From assembly GCA_963764725.1 (NCBI GenBank), contig CAVXTM010000010.1:128001-192000 (forward strand): a stretch of 64,000 nucleotides of DNA. Direction: 5' to 3'. How positions within the stretch are numbered: the first letter of the stretch is position 1; each line of letters opens with the position of its first letter. The stretch comes from an uncultured Gammaproteobacteria bacterium. GTDB lineage: Bacteria; Pseudomonadota; Gammaproteobacteria; JACCXJ01. The notes beneath the pieces were generated by a model, which saw only the letters and a program-made list of their open reading frames with translations, was not told the origin of the DNA and made no database searches. This document shows positions 19,788 to 29,525 of this stretch, piece after piece. Made by a program: the position numbers and the translations under genes.

Positions 19788-20785
19788 GTACGACCAAGAA
19801 GCTGCCGCCCGCACTTGCGAGCGACATTGTTTTAGCGCCGCTCGATAACCAGCGTTTGGCCAATCTATGCGGTCAGTTCGATGAGCACCTGCGGCTGCTA
19901 GAACGCCGCTTGGGGGTCGAGATCAACAACCGCGGTAATGCCTTCCGGGTGATCGGCCTGCCGCGCTCGGTAGCCGCGGCCGGCCGTATCATCGAACAGT
20001 TGTATGCGGCGACCGTTGAGGAGATGCTCTGTCCGGAGCGCATCCATCTGCATCTGCAGGAAGCCGGCATCGAAGAGATTTTGGAGGAGGCTGAGCACGA
20101 CGATCACCTTATCCAAACGCCGCGCTGTGTCGTGAAAGCCCGCGGCGCGAATCAGCGCCGTTATGTCGATAATATTCGCCAGTGCGACATTAATTTTGGC
20201 ATCGGCCCCGCGGGGACTGGTAAGACCTACCTGGCCGTTGCCTGCGCGGTCGAGTCCTTGGAACGCGAAACGGTGCGGCGGGTGGTATTAACCCGGCCCG
20301 CCGTGGAGGCGGGCGAGCGCTTAGGGTTCCTGCCCGGGGACATCGTCCAGAAGGTGGATCCCTATTTGCGGCCCTTGTACGATGCCCTCTACGAGATGCT
20401 GGGGTTCGACAAAGTCTCAAAATATATCGAGCGTCACATCATCGAAGTCGCGCCGCTTGCTTTCATGCGCGGGAGGACTATGAATGACTCCGTGATCATA
20501 CTGGACGAAGCGCAAAACGCCACCTCGGAACAGATGAAAATGTTTCTCACGCGCATCGGGTTCGGGTCCACCGCGGTCGTCAATGGCGATATCACGCAAG
20601 TAGATCTCCCGGCGGGCCGGCTGTCGGGATTGCGGCATGTCATCGACGTGCTACGACAGACGCGGGGCGTGAGCTTTACTTTTTTCCAAGCCAAAGATGT
20701 GGTAAGACATCCGCTCGTGGCGCGGGTGGTCGAAGCTTACGAAACCTACGAAGCCGGAAGCCGGAGCGCGGCCGAGCCCTGCTGA
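19784..20785 (+). CDS. ybeZ: PhoH-like ATPase
   Basis: [28 protein letters not shown]. Confidence 0.96.
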   Translation: MSTTKKLPPALASDIVLAPLDNQRLANLCGQFDEHLRLLERRLGVEINNRGNAFRVIGLPRSVAAAGRIIEQLYAATVEEMLCPERIHLHLQEAGIEEILEEAEHDDHLIQTPRCVVKARGANQRRYVDNIRQCDINFGIGPAGTGKTYLAVACAVESLERETVRRVVLTRPAVEAGERLGFLPGDIVQKVDPYLRPLYDALYEMLGFDKVSKYIERHIIEVAPLAFMRGRTMNDSVIILDEAQNATSEQMKMFLTRIGFGSTAVVNGDITQVDLPAGRLSGLRHVIDVLRQTRGVSFTFFQAKDVVRHPLVARVVEAYETYEAGSRSAAEPC

Positions 20786-21243
20786 TGGCGATCCGATTAG
20801 CGCTGCAATATGCCTGCGGATCCGCGGACCTGCCCACGCGCCGGGCCGTGAACAAGTGGATACGTGCGGCCCTGGCCCGCCGGTGCGCGAGCGCCGAGGT
20901 CACGGTGCGCATTGTCGGCGAAGCGGAGGGCGCGGATTTGAATCGGCGTTGGCGCAAGCGGCGCGGCGCGACCAATGTACTATCTTTCCCGAGCGAGGGC
21001 CACGCAGCCCCCGCGTTGCTGGGCGATATCGTGATCTGCGCACCCGTGGTCGCGCGCGAAGCCCATGAGCAATCAAAATCTCCCGAGGCTCATTGGGCAC
21101 ATCTCATCGTTCACGGCGTTTTGCATCTGCTTGGATACGACCATAAAACGCAACGTGATGCCGAAGCGATGGAAACGCTAGAACAGGGCATTCTCGAGAG
21201 ACTCGGGTATCCGAATCCTTACAACGATGTGCCCGGTGCATGA
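20785..21243 (+). CDS. ybeY: rRNA maturation RNase YbeY
   Basis: HLIVHGVLHLLGYDH. Confidence 0.96.
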   Translation: MAIRLALQYACGSADLPTRRAVNKWIRAALARRCASAEVTVRIVGEAEGADLNRRWRKRRGATNVLSFPSEGHAAPALLGDIVICAPVVAREAHEQSKSPEAHWAHLIVHGVLHLLGYDHKTQRDAEAMETLEQGILERLGYPNPYNDVPGA

Positions 21244-22115
21244 ACGAAGACCCTCCTAGTAAAACACGCAAGAATTCGTGGCTTGGAAGGACTAGGGAAT
21301 TTCTGCGCCTGTATCCACGGGACACGCAAGAGATCACGGACTTACTGCGTGAGCTCGAGCAACGCAATCTGATTTATCCTGAGGTCTTGGCGATGATTGA
21401 GGGCGCGCTGCTGGTCTCCGAGATGCAGGTAAGAGACATCATGTTACCGCGCGCGCAGATGGTCGTGGTCCCGGCGGACGCGGGGGTGAAGGAGTTTCTG
21501 CCGCGGGTGATCCGTTCTGGGCACTCGCGGTTTCCGGTGGTCGATGACAAACGTGATGAGGTGCTCGGGATCTTGCTCGCGAAAGACTTGCTTGCTTACC
21601 TGGCGCAGAGCGAATCCACCCCCTTCGACCTTTGGGATGTGTTACGTCCGGCGGTGTTCGTACCGGAAAGCAAGCGCTTAAACGTGCTACTGCGAGAATT
21701 TCGCAGTAGCCGTAACCATATGGCCATCGTGGTCGATGAGTACGGACGGCCGTCGGGGCTGGTGACCATCGAGGATGTCATCGAACAGATCGTGGGTGAC
21801 ATCAGCGACGAGCACGATGTCGGCGAGGAAGGCTATATCAGGAAGCACCGTGATGATCGCTACACCGTTCGGGCGCGCACGCCAATTCACGAATTCAACG
21901 CTTATTTTCAAACCGACTTTGCGGACGAAGAATTCGACACCATCGGCGGCGTCATCCTCAAGGCCTTGGGTCATATGCCGGCGCGTGGCGAGGCGATCGA
22001 GTACGGGGGTTGGAAATTTACCATACTCCGCGCCGATCCACGCCGCATCCATTTGATGCGTGTCGGCCGGGCACCAGAATGGGCCGGCGAGCAGCCGAAA
22101 GCTGGAGTTGGCTAA
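21240..22115 (+). CDS. corC: Mg/Co transport protein CorC (CBS domains)
   Basis: SGHSRFPV, HMAIVVDEYG; synteny. Confidence 0.93.
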   Translation: MNEDPPSKTRKNSWLGRTREFLRLYPRDTQEITDLLRELEQRNLIYPEVLAMIEGALLVSEMQVRDIMLPRAQMVVVPADAGVKEFLPRVIRSGHSRFPVVDDKRDEVLGILLAKDLLAYLAQSESTPFDLWDVLRPAVFVPESKRLNVLLREFRSSRNHMAIVVDEYGRPSGLVTIEDVIEQIVGDISDEHDVGEEGYIRKHRDDRYTVRARTPIHEFNAYFQTDFADEEFDTIGGVILKALGHMPARGEAIEYGGWKFTILRADPRRIHLMRVGRAPEWAGEQPKAGVG

Positions 22116-22124
22116 GGATCGGGA

Positions 22125-23669
22125 ATGCGTGATCGCCGCGCCGTGGCGCTCGCCGCAGAGTGGCGGGAAGGTTTGGCGAATAGAGGCCTACTTAGTCTTG
22201 CCGGGGATTTAGCAAGCCTGGTCGCGGGCGCGATTCTGCCATTGGCATTCGCGCCCTTCGAGCTGGCGCCGCTCGCCGTGCTGTCGCTCGCGGCTCTTTT
22301 CTACCTGTGGGACGAGATCTCGCCGCGGCGGGCGTTTTTGCGCGGCTGGCTTTATGGCCTCGGAATGCTTGGAACGGGTGTTTCTTGGGTGCAAATCAGC
22401 ATCCATCAATTCGGGATGCCCGTCTTGGCCTTTTCAGTCACCGTGACCGTCGGGTTTATCGCCTTTGTCGCCCTTTATCCCGGGCTGATCGGAGCGCTCG
22501 CCAACCGTTGGTTTCGCGTGTCCGCGGCAGTGCGCTTTCTGGTCGTGCTCCCGGCTCTCTGGACGCTCATGGAATGGTTCAAGGGGTGGGTTTTGACCGG
22601 TTTCCCGTGGCTGAATGTTGGTTATAGCCAGGTGGATACTCCGCTTGCCGGCTTCGCCCCGGTGTTCGGTGTATACGGAGTAAGTTTCGCGGTGGCGCTA
22701 AGCGCCGGGCTTCTCTGCGCGATGCTCCGCAGTCCCTCGCGCTTAGGCTCCCTTGTGTTGCTATCGGTCCTCTGGATAGCCGCACTTGCGTTAGGCCGGG
22801 TGACATGGACCGAAGCACAGGCGACTAAATCGCTCTCGGTGGCGCTCATTCAGGGCAACGTTGCGCAGGCGATGAAATGGTTGCCCGCCGAAAGGCAGGC
22901 AACCATCGATCGCTACCTCGGTCTGACGGCGTCCTCTTGGGGGAAGGTCGATGTCGTCGTGTGGCCGGAGACCGCCATACCGGAGTTTTATACAGAGACT
23001 ACGCCGTATGTTCGCGTACTTACCGAACAAGCACGGCAGACGGGGACCGAGCTCCTGCTCGGCGTGCCCTATCGAGACCCTGACGGAAAGCGGTATTACA
23101 ACGCGGTCGCTACTATCGGGCGCCACGCGGGGATCTATCGAAAGCGTCACTTGGTGCCCTTCGGCGAGTACTTGCCGTTCCCAGTGCTACTGGGGAAACT
23201 CCTCGATTTCTTGGATATTCCCATGTCGAGCTTCAGCGCCGGTAGCCGGGGCCAAGCACCACTTGCGGTCGCCGGTGTCCCGGTCGGTGTTTCCATTTGC
23301 TACGAAGATGCATTCGGTGAAGAAGTCATCGAACAGCTTCCGGTGGCCCGGCTTTTGGTTAATGTCAGCAACGATGCCTGGTTCGGAGACTCAATTGCGC
23401 CCCACCAGCATTTGGAAATGGCGCGCATGCGTGCGCTGGAGGGCGGCCGGGTTCTCTTGCGGGCCACCAACAATGGGATTTCCGCCGTTGTCGACCACCG
23501 GGGAAAGGTGGTGGCTCAGGCGCCACAGTTCCGGCCCTATACACTCAAGGCACGGGTTCGCGCACGCACGGGCGCGACACCTTACGTTATGTTCGGGAAC
23601 GGCCCGATGGTTGTCCTCGCCGCAGGTTTGCTTGCCGCGGCTCTCGTCTTTTGCCGCGTGCGAAGTTAG
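22125..23669 (+). CDS. lnt: Apolipoprotein N-acyltransferase
   Basis: TGFPW, WPETA, LVPFGEY, ICYE, SNDAWFG. Confidence 0.96.
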   Translation: MRDRRAVALAAEWREGLANRGLLSLAGDLASLVAGAILPLAFAPFELAPLAVLSLAALFYLWDEISPRRAFLRGWLYGLGMLGTGVSWVQISIHQFGMPVLAFSVTVTVGFIAFVALYPGLIGALANRWFRVSAAVRFLVVLPALWTLMEWFKGWVLTGFPWLNVGYSQVDTPLAGFAPVFGVYGVSFAVALSAGLLCAMLRSPSRLGSLVLLSVLWIAALALGRVTWTEAQATKSLSVALIQGNVAQAMKWLPAERQATIDRYLGLTASSWGKVDVVVWPETAIPEFYTETTPYVRVLTEQARQTGTELLLGVPYRDPDGKRYYNAVATIGRHAGIYRKRHLVPFGEYLPFPVLLGKLLDFLDIPMSSFSAGSRGQAPLAVAGVPVGVSICYEDAFGEEVIEQLPVARLLVNVSNDAWFGDSIAPHQHLEMARMRALEGGRVLLRATNNGISAVVDHRGKVVAQAPQFRPYTLKARVRARTGATPYVMFGNGPMVVLAAGLLAAALVFCRVRS

Positions 23670-23686
23670 CGGCGCCCCTTGAAGTG

Positions 23687-24751
23687 ATGAGGACCTTGGA
23701 CCGCTACATCGCGAGGATCGTAATGGGCTCGATCGCGAGTGTGTTGGTGGTTTTGGTCGCGGTATTTTCTTTCTTTAAGTTTATCGATGACCTGGAACAG
23801 ATGGGCCGTGGCGGGTATGGGATCCTCGCCATCGTTGAGTTTGTCTTTTTCAGCATCCCGCGCTTGACCTACGAGCTGTTCCCGATCGCCGCCTTGATCG
23901 GCACTTTAATCGGTCTGGGAACGCTGGTTCGCAATAGCGAAATGATCGTGATTCGAACCTCCGGGGTGTCGCTGACGCGGATCGTTTTTTCGGTAATGAA
24001 GCTGGGATCCGTTTTCGTGCTCGCCTCCCTTGTGGTAGGCGAGTTTATCGCCCCGCCCGGCGAAGAGTTGGCGCAAAACAGAAAGTCGATTGCGACGACC
24101 AATCAGATCGTGCCCAAGTCCCCGGGCGGTTTTTGGGCTCGGGACGGGCGGAGTTATATCAACATTCGCCGGGTGTTACCCGACAATCGCGTGGAGGACG
24201 TTTACATCTATGAATTCGACGACCGGAATCGTCTCCGCGTAAGCACTTCCGCGCGGCAGGCTTATTACAAGCAAGGCCGATGGGTTCTCGAAGATATCAA
24301 TCAGACCGTTTTCGACGCGGATCGCGTGCGCAAACTGCTAATGGAGCATGCACCATGGGATTCGTTGTTGGATCCCAAGCTTATCAATCTTTTCGCGATC
24401 AACCCCCAGCACTTGTCGATGATCAATCTGTATAACTACATCCGCTTTCGAGAGGCTAACCGGCAAAACAGTCGCTACTACCGGCACGCACTGTGGGCGA
24501 AGTTGTCATATCCGCTGGCCACGGGCGTCATGGTTTTTCTTGCCATTCCGATTGTTTTGGTCACGGCGCAAAAAACGGGTATTGGGCAACGCGTCGTCAT
24601 CGGGTCATGCATCGGCCTGGTTTTCCATATCGTCAACAAGGCGGCGGGGTCATTGGGCTTATTATTCGATCTATCGCCGGTGCTCAGCGCGATGTTTCCA
24701 ACAGCCGCCACGTTCATGGCTGCCGTTTTACTCATGCGCCGAGTGCACTGA
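23687..24751 (+). CDS. lptG: LPS export ABC permease LptG
   Basis: LDRYI, LFPIAALIGTLIGLG, NSEMIVIRTSG, WARDG. Confidence 0.9.
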   Translation: MRTLDRYIARIVMGSIASVLVVLVAVFSFFKFIDDLEQMGRGGYGILAIVEFVFFSIPRLTYELFPIAALIGTLIGLGTLVRNSEMIVIRTSGVSLTRIVFSVMKLGSVFVLASLVVGEFIAPPGEELAQNRKSIATTNQIVPKSPGGFWARDGRSYINIRRVLPDNRVEDVYIYEFDDRNRLRVSTSARQAYYKQGRWVLEDINQTVFDADRVRKLLMEHAPWDSLLDPKLINLFAINPQHLSMINLYNYIRFREANRQNSRYYRHALWAKLSYPLATGVMVFLAIPIVLVTAQKTGIGQRVVIGSCIGLVFHIVNKAAGSLGLLFDLSPVLSAMFPTAATFMAAVLLMRRVH

Positions 24752-24957
24752 TCAGTCCGAGGAGTTGACTGATAAAAATCTATTCCCGCGGTCTTGCCGC
24801 GGGGACCTTAGCGATGGGGTTACCAAAGGGGAGAGGCGCAGTTCTTCCCTTTGGTCGCCCCACGGGGTTGCATTCCCCGTGGTGGCGAAATCTATATTGA
24901 CTTCATCATCCTTGATATCATGTCCGTCGAGTAAACTCAGTGGGAGAGACGGCCCGT

Positions 24958-27222
24958 ATGACGTGGAAAGAGGTGCTGGCTGCTAGGATACCGCTTGGGC
25001 TAGGGCGCGAAATCGACATCTTCGAGACCCAGATCGAGCTGAAACGCCAAGGAAAGGTCGAGGATAAGCTGTTCGCGGAGACCCGGTTGCGACGTGGGGT
25101 CTATGGGCAGCGCTACGATAACGGTCAACGCCACGATGGTATCGCACATCGAACTCTCGCGTTCCCGGACAACGCCTTGACCAAAGGCCCCGACACGCTG
25201 TGGGATGCCCCCGGGATGCAACGTATCAAGCTTCCCTATGGGGGATTAACCCCGGATCAAATGAACGTGTTCGCGGATTTGGCGGAGGAATATTCGGACG
25301 GCATCAGTCACGTTACGACCCGCCAGGACATACAGCTCCATTTCGTGCACATCGAGGATACTCCGGATCTTATGCGGCGCCTCGCCGCCGCGGGTATCAC
25401 CACGCGCGAGGCCTGCGGGAACAGTGTGCGCAACGTCACCGCGTGTCCGTTGGCGGGGATTTGCCGCGATGAAGCCTTCGACGTCACTCCTTATGCCCAG
25501 GCCACGGCGCGATTCCTTCTTGGTCACCCGGACACTCAAGACTTCGGGCGCAAGTTTAAAGTGGCGTTTTCAGGGTGTAAGCAACGCGCCTGCGCCCTGG
25601 TGAACATGCATGATCTCGGATTTATCGCGCACGTTGCTTCGGGAACCGGGCAGCGCGGCTTCGCGATGTATGTGGGGGGAGGGTTGGGTGCGGTGCCCTA
25701 TCAGGCGAAGCTTTTCGACAACTTCGTGCCGGAGACCGAGATCCTGCCGCTTGCCCAAGCGATCTCGCGGGTTTTCGCGCGCCTCGGTGAAAAGAGAAAC
25801 CGCGGCCGGGCGCGTATTAAATTCTTGATTGATAAGCTCGGTATAGATCGATTTAGGGAATTGGTGCTTGCGGAACGCGCCACCTTACCGCCGGATGCGG
25901 CCTGGACCTCCTATCTCCCGGAGGTTCTAAGTTACCGCGAACATCCGGCCAGAGCACCGCAACCGCTGAACGGCGCCGCGCGCGACAGCGCGTTCGAGCG
26001 CTGGCGCGCCTCAAACGCCTACCAGCAAAAGCAAACCGGCTACGTCGTCGCGGCGGTGACGCTTCCCATAGGGGACATTACGTCCTGGCAAATGCGGCGG
26101 CTTGCCGATCTCGCCAGGCGCTATTCGGGGGACAACGTGCGTACGACGGTGGAGCAGAATATCGTCCTCCGATGGGTTGCCGAGGCGGATTTGCCGGGCT
26201 TATACGAAGGCTTGTGCGCGATCGGGCTGGGCACGCCCGGCGCCGGCACGGTGAGTGATGTGGTCGCATGCCCAGGCACCGATACCTGCAAGCTCGGCAT
26301 TGCGTCCTCACGCGGCTTAGCGGGCGAATTGAGTCAGCGGCTTGCGGGAATTGCTCCCAGTCTCGATGCCGCGGTGAATGCGCTGCATATCAAGATCAGC
26401 GGTTGTTTCAATGCCTGTGGTCAACATCATCTCGCGGACTTGGGTTTCTACGGGGTCAGCCGGAAAGTCGGCGGCACTACGGTGCCACACTTCCGGGTGG
26501 TCTTGGGCGGCGAATGGGAGCACAACGCAGGCGCCTTTGGGCTGACTATCGGGGCGATTCCCTCGAAGCGGGTGCCCGATTTTGTCGAGCGTATCACCGC
26601 CAAATATCTGCAAGAACGAAGCCCGGGAGAAGCGTTCCGCAAGTACATCGAGCGTGTCGGCAAGCAAGAGATCAAGGCCTTGGTCGATGAGCTGTCCGTC
26701 GTTCCGCCCTATGAGCGCGACCGCAGCTATTATTCCGACTGGCGCGATCCGCGGGAATTTACCGTGAGTGACATCGGTACCGGGGAATGCGCCGGAGAGG
26801 TCGTCTCACGCGCCGAATTCGACCTGCAGTCGGCCGAACGGCAGTACTTTGAAGCGCAATTGCACTTCGATCGCGGCGATTACAAATTAGCTGATAACAC
26901 GGCCTACAACGCCATGCTTGAGGCGGCAAAGGCGCTTATCCGCACCCAATATCTGGATATTTCAAATAATCCGGATGCGATCGCGAGCGAATTCAAGCGG
27001 CGTTTTTGCGACACTGAAGTTTTTTATGACCACTACGCCGGGGGGAAATTCGCGCAATACCTCTTCAATCGCCATGCGGATACGGATCGCAAGTACACCC
27101 CGGAGCAAGCGCGCTATCTCATAGAAGAAGCCCAGCTCTTTATCGAGGCGGCCTATGCCTGCCACGGCCGGCTGCTGGAGCAAGGTAATTTGGCGTCACG
27201 CGAAACCGCGATTCTGCTGTAG
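24958..27222 (+). CDS. Siroheme nitrite/sulfite reductase with HEPN-like C-terminal extension
   Basis: TTRQDIQLH, ACGNSVRNV, CPGTDTCKLG, SGCFNACGQH. Confidence 0.9.
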   Translation: MTWKEVLAARIPLGLGREIDIFETQIELKRQGKVEDKLFAETRLRRGVYGQRYDNGQRHDGIAHRTLAFPDNALTKGPDTLWDAPGMQRIKLPYGGLTPDQMNVFADLAEEYSDGISHVTTRQDIQLHFVHIEDTPDLMRRLAAAGITTREACGNSVRNVTACPLAGICRDEAFDVTPYAQATARFLLGHPDTQDFGRKFKVAFSGCKQRACALVNMHDLGFIAHVASGTGQRGFAMYVGGGLGAVPYQAKLFDNFVPETEILPLAQAISRVFARLGEKRNRGRARIKFLIDKLGIDRFRELVLAERATLPPDAAWTSYLPEVLSYREHPARAPQPLNGAARDSAFERWRASNAYQQKQTGYVVAAVTLPIGDITSWQMRRLADLARRYSGDNVRTTVEQNIVLRWVAEADLPGLYEGLCAIGLGTPGAGTVSDVVACPGTDTCKLGIASSRGLAGELSQRLAGIAPSLDAAVNALHIKISGCFNACGQHHLADLGFYGVSRKVGGTTVPHFRVVLGGEWEHNAGAFGLTIGAIPSKRVPDFVERITAKYLQERSPGEAFRKYIERVGKQEIKALVDELSVVPPYERDRSYYSDWRDPREFTVSDIGTGECAGEVVSRAEFDLQSAERQYFEAQLHFDRGDYKLADNTAYNAMLEAAKALIRTQYLDISNNPDAIASEFKRRFCDTEVFYDHYAGGKFAQYLFNRHADTDRKYTPEQARYLIEEAQLFIEAAYACHGRLLEQGNLASRETAILL

Positions 27223-27288
27223 CGTTCCTAAGCCTAGCCAAAAATATTTGAAATTTAAGCATTTCGTTAAACTCCCTCTCCCTGAGGG

Positions 27289-28847
27289 CTGTCTCTTGAT
27301 CGGATCTTTTCACTGTTTTTTGAGGCTCAGAAATTGCGCGCTGACCTGAGTAGCATCGACGCGTTCCTGCAAGCGGAACCAGCCCTCCCACAATACAGCC
27401 CAGCCAGCGCGTCCGGTGCGTTTTGTGTCTATCCAGCCGCCCAGTTTGGCGAGGGTCTCGCAGGCCCACTTCAGCGAAGGCGCTTGCGCGGGCGGGCGGC
27501 ACCGGTGCTGTGTGACCCACAATACTTTCCATTCCATCTCCTCGAGCACCCCGGCACAGCTGACTTGCCCTGCTGCCTCCACCGACAAGCCTTTGCCTGT
27601 AGCGCTATCGAGCCATTCGCGCAATTGCAGCAGCCGCACCGCGATGAATGCCAATATCACGGCCATGCGCTCCAAATTGTCGGCCGACTGCATACGTCGG
27701 GCTTCTACCCCAGCGCCGGATTTCCACGCCTTGTGAAAATCCTCCACTCGCCAGCGCCGCGCATAGTGGCTCAATACCCGCTGCGCCTCGATGATGGTAG
27801 CCACCGGTTCGCTCGCCAACAACAGCCAGCACAAGGGTTCCTGCCCATGCGGGGGATGTGCCTCCATCGCCAACACCGCATTGACCTGCAGCGAGGGCAG
27901 TCCCGGTGCGCGCCGTGGGGCGCAAAACTCAATGCAGGCGCTGCGCACCTGCAGATGCGCTTGCCGCGAACGCCGTGCATGCGCCCCACCGCGTTGCTGG
28001 ACCCGCACGCCATGCGAACCCAACACCGGCGCACGCTCCAGGGCTTCGAACAGGTGGCGCGCCTCGCCCGCCACGCGCCGGTCCCAACTTGCGCGCACGA
28101 CGAACCGCTCGCCACGCTCGACTTTGTACTGCAAATACTCGTAGATGTCAGCCTCACGGTCACACACCGAAATCACTCGCGCCTGCGTCACCCCCAAGCG
28201 CTCGGCCATCCGTCCACTGGCGCGCTGCCACTTGAAGCTTTCCTTCTCCCCATAGGCGCGCTCCCCACGCTGGTGCCGCTTGCCACGCTCCGTCACCGGC
28301 CGACACCAGCGCTCTTGCTCGATCAATCCCACTGTGCAACCGCTCTCAGCCGCCAACAACAACACCGAGTGCACAATGAACCCGCGCTTCTCGCTCTCCT
28401 GCTTGGCGCCCAAATCGCCCAACTGCTCGGCCGCTGCGTGCCCATACGACAAGCTCGTACTGTCTTCCACCGCCAGCAACTCACCCACAGTATTCGCCGC
28501 CAACTGCGCCGTCGCCTGAAAGCCCCCTTCGGCGATCGCCTGCGGGTCTACCCCCTCATTGCGCAACAATCGGTACGCTCCTTCACAGGCCGCCGAGTCG
28601 CCCCGACAGGCCCGCACCGGCGCTTGCCCCACATGCGCCGCCAATTGTGCACCCATCTTCACCAACCGTCGCGTGCGTCGCGGATCGCCCAAATCACAAA
28701 GCCCAAAGGTCCCGTGCGCCCATTGCATCGCTTCATCCGGTACTCGCATCGACCTCGTCCTCCCATGGGACATTATTAATCTGGTCGATCCGATCCGCAC
28801 ACCTGATGAAAGTTCCCGCTGGCCGGAAAAATGTGTATAAGAGTCAG
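27289..28847 (-). mobile_element. IS4-family IS50/Tn5-like insertion sequence
   Basis: Ends CTGTCTCTTGATCGGATCT and TGTGTATAAGAGTCAG; imperfect 9-bp flanks ccctgaggg / cccggcggg. Confidence 0.92.
27310..28749 (-). CDS. IS4 (Tn5-like) DDE transposase
   Basis: LGDPRRTRRL, EKESFKW, VCDREADI, YARRWRVEDFHKAWKSG, LGGW. Confidence 0.95.
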   Translation of the reverse strand: MRVPDEAMQWAHGTFGLCDLGDPRRTRRLVKMGAQLAAHVGQAPVRACRGDSAACEGAYRLLRNEGVDPQAIAEGGFQATAQLAANTVGELLAVEDSTSLSYGHAAAEQLGDLGAKQESEKRGFIVHSVLLLAAESGCTVGLIEQERWCRPVTERGKRHQRGERAYGEKESFKWQRASGRMAERLGVTQARVISVCDREADIYEYLQYKVERGERFVVRASWDRRVAGEARHLFEALERAPVLGSHGVRVQQRGGAHARRSRQAHLQVRSACIEFCAPRRAPGLPSLQVNAVLAMEAHPPHGQEPLCWLLLASEPVATIIEAQRVLSHYARRWRVEDFHKAWKSGAGVEARRMQSADNLERMAVILAFIAVRLLQLREWLDSATGKGLSVEAAGQVSCAGVLEEMEWKVLWVTQHRCRPPAQAPSLKWACETLAKLGGWIDTKRTGRAGWAVLWEGWFRLQERVDATQVSAQFLSLKKQ

Positions 28848-29525
28848 CCCGGCGGGAGAGGGTTGGGGTGAGGGGGTTAGAATAAGGTAACTCATTGCTT
28901 CGGAAGCGAACTCATTAGCTTGGGATCTACCGAGTTCTTTTTCAATTAACCCTTCCACATTAGTATGCCAACCACGACAGTCGGGCGCCGCAAAAACACT
29001 CAATTGTTCTCTTCTCTCGGCTTCTGGTAGGCTTTGGGTTGCAACCTTCTCAGCCAGAATATGCTCGTACATTTGGTCAGCTTCTAATACATAGGCCCTT
29101 AGTTTCTTTTTCACCTGGGATAGGCGTGTAGCATGCCGCTCAGCGCCTGCGGAGAAGCGTTCGCTTTCGGAAAGCACGTGAGCCTCTTAGGACCGGGCTT
29201 CGTTAATGATCGCCTCATAGTGGCGCTTTAAGTCCTCAAAAAGCGGCCCCCGCTTTACGATGACGTATGGCGTACCATCAGTAGCTTTACTCAGCTGCAT
29301 CCAAAACCCAAGGCCGATTGTCTCTTTGCGATTTTTCGTCCAAGCTATTAAAGGACCGGGACTGATCCCTTCCCAGAAGTAAAACTCCAAAGTCTTGGTG
29401 GGGGATTGCTTTGTTTTTAAATGCGCAATCATGTCCTTATCCACCTGTGTCAACGAAGCAGGGACCCGAACCAGCTTCAAGATTGTCGCTAGAAATGGAT
29501 TACCATCCTCCAACATCAAATACAC

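Larger units (their letters stand above)
27272..28876 (+). repeat. REP-like hairpin repeat split by the IS50-like element
   Basis: ctccctctccc...|IS|...gggagagggttggggtgagggg. Confidence 0.75.

Noticed and set aside
27334-28779. 481-aa + strand ORF
   Set aside because: It is an antisense shadow of the transposase with no recognisable motifs.
28776-29177. 133-aa minus-strand ORF as an intact gene
   Set aside because: It runs through the REP-like repeat into the IS end, so its 3' part is not native; its function cannot be supported.
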